Assembly: GCA_019058365.1 (NCBI GenBank) | Contig: JAHPZE010000039.1 | Location: forward strand, 1-31,645 | Direction: 5' to 3' | Source: Promethearchaeota archaeon | GTDB lineage: Archaea > Asgardarchaeota > Lokiarchaeia > Sigyniarchaeales > SOKP01 | Length of the DNA stretch: 31,645 bases | Shown: in pieces, positions 27,438 to 31,645 of the stretch | Numbering within the stretch: position 1 is the first letter of the stretch | Layout: each line of letters opens with the position of its first letter | The notes under the pieces: model-generated | The model's input: the letters and a program-made list of their open reading frames with translations, nothing else | Told to the model about the DNA's origin: nothing | Databases searched by the model: none | Made by a program: the position numbers and the translations under genes

Positions 27438-28673
27438 TTGGGACAAATTTTGGACAGAAACGATAGAATTAAAGATAGCTTGAAATTAAAGAAAAAACGT
27501 TTATTAGATTCTTTAATTTTAAATGAAATCTTAAAAGATAAAAGATTAATTAAAGCTTTTATGGATGTACCTCTAGAAAAGTTTATTCCAGATAAATTTG
27601 TCAGTATAGTTAAATTATATGAAGATGTACCAAATTTATTTTATTATGATGAGCAAAATCCTAATAATTATAGAACAATTTCTGCTCCTCATATGATAAC
27701 AATAATGCTTCAAGGACTCTCATTAACAGAAAATGATGATTTGTTAATATTAGGAGCTAAAAGTGGATATATCGCAGCTTTAGCACATAAACTAGCACCT
27801 AAGGGAGAAATTATAATTCTTGAAGCAAATTCTGAAATCGCTAAATTTACCTCTGAAAATCTAAAGAAATTAAATTTAGATGATAATATTTCAATTATAG
27901 TAAAAAATCCTCTAAATGGAATGCCAGAATTAAGCCCATGGCAAAAAATTTTAGTAACTGGAGCAATTGAAGAATCGAAGATAAACCATTTGTTAAATCA
28001 ATTAGATGAAAACGGAGGAGTTTTATTTGCACCTATTGGACATGAATTTATACAAATGTACACTCAAATCTTACGACAAAATAATGAATTCTTTGGTAAA
28101 AAACAACTTCAAGTCAAATTTTCCCCTTTGATTACTAAAGTGGAATTGGGTGAATTAGAATTAATAACGGATCTTGATGATTATGAATTCGTAGATGAAT
28201 CTACTATAGTAAATGAAAATCTAAATCAACATTCAAATAAAATCAACATTAAATATACTTCAGATATACTTGAAGAGTTAGCTTCTGAATCAAGTTTTAA
28301 AATTGAATCAATCGATAAGGAACAACAAAAATTAGTAATTAGTTATTTAATAAGTATTGAATTGATCATAAAAAAATTGAAGAAAGAAGATAATATTGAC
28401 GAGTGCTTCAATTATGTTGAAAGTATTGAAACTAAGTTAGAAGATCTAAAAAAGTATAAGAAATTATTTGAAATTAAGATAAAAAGAATGCAAAACATAT
28501 TAAATCAGATTAGATCGTATAATATCGTAAGAAAAGAATTAGAGAAAAAAGATTTATCAGATTCAGAGATAATAGATAAAAAAATTGAAATAATTCATGA
28601 CCAAATTGAACAAATAAACTACTTTTTAGAAATTCTCAAAGATGATATCCATCGGGTTAAAACCTTATATTAG
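27438..28673 (+). CDS. Protein-L-isoaspartate O-methyltransferase-like domain fused to a long helical/coiled-coil C-terminus
   Basis: AF..VP.E.F, TISAPHM, degenerate motif I LLILGAKSGY, ILVTGA, QL..GGVL.APIG; about 170 aa K/E-rich helical tail. Confidence 0.8.
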   Translation: MGQILDRNDRIKDSLKLKKKRLLDSLILNEILKDKRLIKAFMDVPLEKFIPDKFVSIVKLYEDVPNLFYYDEQNPNNYRTISAPHMITIMLQGLSLTENDDLLILGAKSGYIAALAHKLAPKGEIIILEANSEIAKFTSENLKKLNLDDNISIIVKNPLNGMPELSPWQKILVTGAIEESKINHLLNQLDENGGVLFAPIGHEFIQMYTQILRQNNEFFGKKQLQVKFSPLITKVELGELELITDLDDYEFVDESTIVNENLNQHSNKINIKYTSDILEELASESSFKIESIDKEQQKLVISYLISIELIIKKLKKEDNIDECFNYVESIETKLEDLKKYKKLFEIKIKRMQNILNQIRSYNIVRKELEKKDLSDSEIIDKKIEIIHDQIEQINYFLEILKDDIHRVKTLY

Positions 28674-28701
28674 ATAATCCAATTACTATTTTTAATTTTC
28701 T

Positions 28702-29208
28702 TTAATGGTTAAGGAAATTCAAAACTGCTTTCATAAAATCAGGCAAATCACTTGGCATACGCGAAGTAATCAAATTATTATCTATCATCACGGGAGAGTC
28801 TTCGAATATAGCTCCAGCATTTAACATATCATCTTTTATTGCAAAATAACTAGTTGCTTTACGACCTCTCACAATTTTTGCAGAAATTAAAACCCAACCA
28901 GCATGACAGATGGCACCTACTAATTTTTTTTGTTCATTGACTTTATAAACAAATTCAAGCACCTCCTTATCCCTTCTAAGATAATCAGGATTCTTTGTAC
29001 CTCCGGGGATTATCACTCCATTATAATCATTAGGATTTGCGTCTCTTATTAATTTATCAGGTTTGATTGGATATCCATGTTTCCCTTTAATTTCTCTCCT
29101 ATGTAAGCTAATCAATTCCGTTTCATACCCCGCTTCTATCAATCTTATTCGTGGATAATGTAGTTCAAGATCTTCATAGCCATCTGTAGCTAATAATGCT
29201 ATTTTTAT
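28702..29208 (-). CDS. pfpI: PfpI/DJ-1 family protease/deglycase (168 aa; probable ATA start)
   Basis: Frame extends upstream of the track start as IKIALLATDGYEDLELHYPRIRLIEAG; IPGG, nucleophile AICHAG, TSR.P.DL; GAGGTG RBS 7 nt before ATA 29208. Confidence 0.9.
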   Translation of the reverse strand: MKIALLATDGYEDLELHYPRIRLIEAGYETELISLHRREIKGKHGYPIKPDKLIRDANPNDYNGVIIPGGTKNPDYLRRDKEVLEFVYKVNEQKKLVGAICHAGWVLISAKIVRGRKATSYFAIKDDMLNAGAIFEDSPVMIDNNLITSRMPSDLPDFMKAVLNFLNH

Positions 29209-29230
29209 TAGACACCACCTCTTTAATTCA

Positions 29231-29875
29231 TTAAATATTAATTATATTTGATAATCCAATATAAGCTACTATAATTCCCATAATTATAAATATGTAATTA
29301 TACGGAGGAGAAATTAGCCTATAAGGGATCTTTTTCTTGTATAACTTGTAATAATCTCCAAATTTTGGTGAAAGTAGATAATTTTCTTCTAGTAAGCATA
29401 AGATTTCTGTTAAAATAACTAAGATTGGAAACCAGAGTACAGCTATAAAAGAATCCATAATAAATGTAATGCCTAAATATATTAAAATCCATGATAGATA
29501 TTGCGGATGTCTTACAATTTCATACACACCCTTTTTTATTAATTTTAAGCTCTCTCCCTCATTTGTTTCAGCTCTTAACGACTTTTTTGCTAATAATTGA
29601 ATTCTGATTCCTAAAATAATTATGATTATACCTATTAATATAAACCATAACCAGTATTGATGAAAATAACTGACATTCTCATTAAAAAACAATTGGAACA
29701 AACTTGAATTTATGATTGGAATAAGAACTATACAAATAATCCAAATAAATGGAAATATTTTCTTATAAAATTCGCGAAATTTATGATAAATAGTTTTTTT
29801 TTTTAAAACAATTATCCAATAAGCGAGAATGTTTATAAGAAAGAGAATAATTAAAGCAAATATTATTATTAGCAT
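29231..29875 (-). CDS. Isoprenylcysteine carboxyl methyltransferase / PEMT-like membrane methyltransferase
   Basis: LIKKGVYEIVRHPQY, EE..L...FG..Y..Y; multiple TM helices. Confidence 0.85.
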   Translation of the reverse strand: MLIIIFALIILFLINILAYWIIVLKKKTIYHKFREFYKKIFPFIWIICIVLIPIINSSLFQLFFNENVSYFHQYWLWFILIGIIIIILGIRIQLLAKKSLRAETNEGESLKLIKKGVYEIVRHPQYLSWILIYLGITFIMDSFIAVLWFPILVILTEILCLLEENYLLSPKFGDYYKLYKKKIPYRLISPPYNYIFIIMGIIVAYIGLSNIINI

Positions 29876-29983
29876 AAAACCTTCTAATTCAATTTATAGC
29901 TTTAAAACTTGAAATTGTATTAAATAGTTATTTATATGTAAAATAATTTATTTTTATTATCTTGGTGTAATAAGCGAAATCAT

Positions 29984-31060
29984 TTAGTATATTCCATATT
30001 TCTTTACTGTATTTATGAAAATCCTTACATTTTTAAGGGAGATCTTTTGAAAAATAACAGTACTTGGACCTATTATAAAATGTCTATTTTCCTTTAAGAT
30101 ATCTATTAATTTCTTTACATGAAATTCAATTTGCTTTTGATCTCCAAATGGAAGGATATGACTAACGTCCCCAAATCCAATTATGACAAATTCCGGGAAA
30201 TGATCATTAATATATTGTGGATCCGCACCTCCTTCCCAACCTTGTAATCCTTTAAAACCTGCACTCTGAAATGAAGAAATTAATTCTGTGGGATTACCAT
30301 CAGTATGAATTATAGGAATTAAGTTTGCATCAAGAATCATTGATAAAATCTCTTTATAGCAAGGTAAAAAGTCTTGATTCCATCTTTCTTTAGATAACAT
30401 AGTGCGACCTTTAAATGCAACATCATCTAATAATGTGATTACTTTCCCTTTATCTCCAGTTGCGTTAATCAAACCTTCAATATTTATTCTAGCTAATTCA
30501 GCATAAAATTCTATTAGTCTTTTATAGAGTTTTGTATTTTTTCGGAAATTTCTACTAAAAAGAGACATTCCCATACTTCTCCAAACTCTATCAAAAATGC
30601 CATCGACAATTAATACTGGAAATATAAAAGGAGCCAATTTTTTAAAATGATTAATACTTTTTGTAATATTATTACTATTATCAATTATCTTTAACTTTGC
30701 CCATAAATCTTCCAAAATTTCAATTGAGTCAATAAATCCTCCTTCATAATAATCTGACTTTCGTTTTAATGATTGTCCATCTTCTTTAATTTTAATTATA
30801 TTTCCTTCTTTATCTAACACTTTAATTGATCTAATCTTATAACTTAATGGAAATGGAGCAAAAATTGATTCAAACCCTAAAATGTGAGGTATATCAAAAT
30901 ACATGTTGTTAAATAATGTTCCATGATAATCTTGCATAACTTCATGTTTATATTCGGAGATAAATCCCTCTGTTATATATTGAACATGCGTGGGAATTTT
31001 ATCTAAACTTTTCCGGTTTATATCATCAAAAACAGCAAGAAAACGCTCACGAGCATTCAT
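29984..31060 (-). CDS. Uroporphyrinogen-decarboxylase-family protein (URO-D/MtaA-like fold, function uncertain)
   Basis: MNARERFL, DDVAFK...MLS, HTDGN, terminal F...VKKYG.Y typical of URO-D-like paralogs. Confidence 0.8.
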   Translation of the reverse strand: MNARERFLAVFDDINRKSLDKIPTHVQYITEGFISEYKHEVMQDYHGTLFNNMYFDIPHILGFESIFAPFPLSYKIRSIKVLDKEGNIIKIKEDGQSLKRKSDYYEGGFIDSIEILEDLWAKLKIIDNSNNITKSINHFKKLAPFIFPVLIVDGIFDRVWRSMGMSLFSRNFRKNTKLYKRLIEFYAELARINIEGLINATGDKGKVITLLDDVAFKGRTMLSKERWNQDFLPCYKEILSMILDANLIPIIHTDGNPTELISSFQSAGFKGLQGWEGGADPQYINDHFPEFVIIGFGDVSHILPFGDQKQIEFHVKKLIDILKENRHFIIGPSTVIFQKISLKNVRIFINTVKKYGIY

Positions 31061-31160
31061 GAATATTTTTTTTTAAACACTTTTTTATAAATTAATTTAA
31101 ATTGAAATCAATTAAATTTAATTCTTAATTTAAGAATATAATATAAAACTCGAGGTAATC

Positions 31161-31517
31161 ATGATGGAAAAGGAAGAACCAAATTTAAGTAGAGAAGAAC
31201 AGGAATTATTCTACGAGGTGTTATTTAAAAGAATAATGGACATAATGAAAAAACCTGAAATGGAACAAGATCCATTTGGTGAAATGATAAATAGACTTTC
31301 AGTTTTATCTGGAATTTTTAGTTTTAGAGCTATGATTTCTTTAATTCCTGAAATAATTGCTGCTGCTATGAGGTATGGAATGATGATTGAACAAGCATAT
31401 GAAGAAGAACGGTTGGATTTAGAAGAAGATATACAAGGATTTGAAGAAGAAGAAGGAAAAAAGGAACGTATATCACGAATTCAAGAGGATGTTGATAAGC
31501 TAAATATATATTTATAA
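31161..31517 (+). CDS. Hypothetical helical acidic protein ending in an HbYX-like motif (I-Y-L)
   Basis: GAGGT RBS just upstream; helical core, E/D-rich tail, C-terminus DKLNIYL; T-tract downstream. Confidence 0.7.
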   Translation: MMEKEEPNLSREEQELFYEVLFKRIMDIMKKPEMEQDPFGEMINRLSVLSGIFSFRAMISLIPEIIAAAMRYGMMIEQAYEEERLDLEEDIQGFEEEEGKKERISRIQEDVDKLNIYL

Positions 31518-31532
31518 AAATTTCTTATTCGC

Positions 31533-31540
31533 TTTTTTTT
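31533..31540 (+). terminator. T-tract terminator
   Basis: Run of 8 T about 15 nt after the stop at 31517. Confidence 0.45.
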
Positions 31541-31645
31541 GATAAAATTATTCTATCAAAATAGCTAAAAAAAAAAATAAAATAGTTTTTGGTTAATTTT
31601 ATAGATGAATGATCAATTATAAATTAACCCCTTTTTTTATTTTCT

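Noticed and set aside
29984-31060. Annotation as hemE
   Set aside because: Lacks the RQAGR motif of true uroporphyrinogen decarboxylase
1-31645. CRISPR array, tRNA/rRNA, IS element or provirus
   Set aside because: No spaced repeats, GC-rich structured RNA segments, transposase, integrase or viral genes seen by eye; a covariance-model search was not run

Overview
AT-rich (roughly 30% GC by eye), gene-dense chromosomal segment from an archaeon, most likely an Asgard archaeon of the Lokiarchaeia/Promethearchaeota type. This is inferred from the archaeal Taw2 and TrmG10-like genes, GAGGTG ribosome-binding sites, TATA-like promoters, T-tract terminators, URO-D-like, GGR-like and GPH-transporter genes, and eukaryote-like GIFT/IFT52, GRAM/PH-like and roadblock-like domains. 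No rRNA, tRNA, CRISPR array or transposase was seen. The left half is catabolic: a sugar transporter, a deletion scar fusing two gene remnants, KDPG aldolase, a glycyl-radical activating enzyme and an atypical glycyl radical enzyme (GCVD/KVGGY), an aminopeptidase, and a divergent class-III aminotransferase/FGGY kinase pair. The right half holds tRNA-modification, DNA-repair and protein-repair genes. Features missed by the ORF track are a 51-aa ribbon-helix-helix gene with helically phased ATCCA repeats, two pseudogene fragments, and two genes whose conserved N-termini lack an in-frame ATG/GTG/TTG. The best novelty candidates are the Eda-AE-GRE unit, a cytoplasmic IFT52-like GIFT-RHH fusion, a small helical protein ending in a proteasome-gating HbYX motif, and a recurring C2-C-H zinc module.
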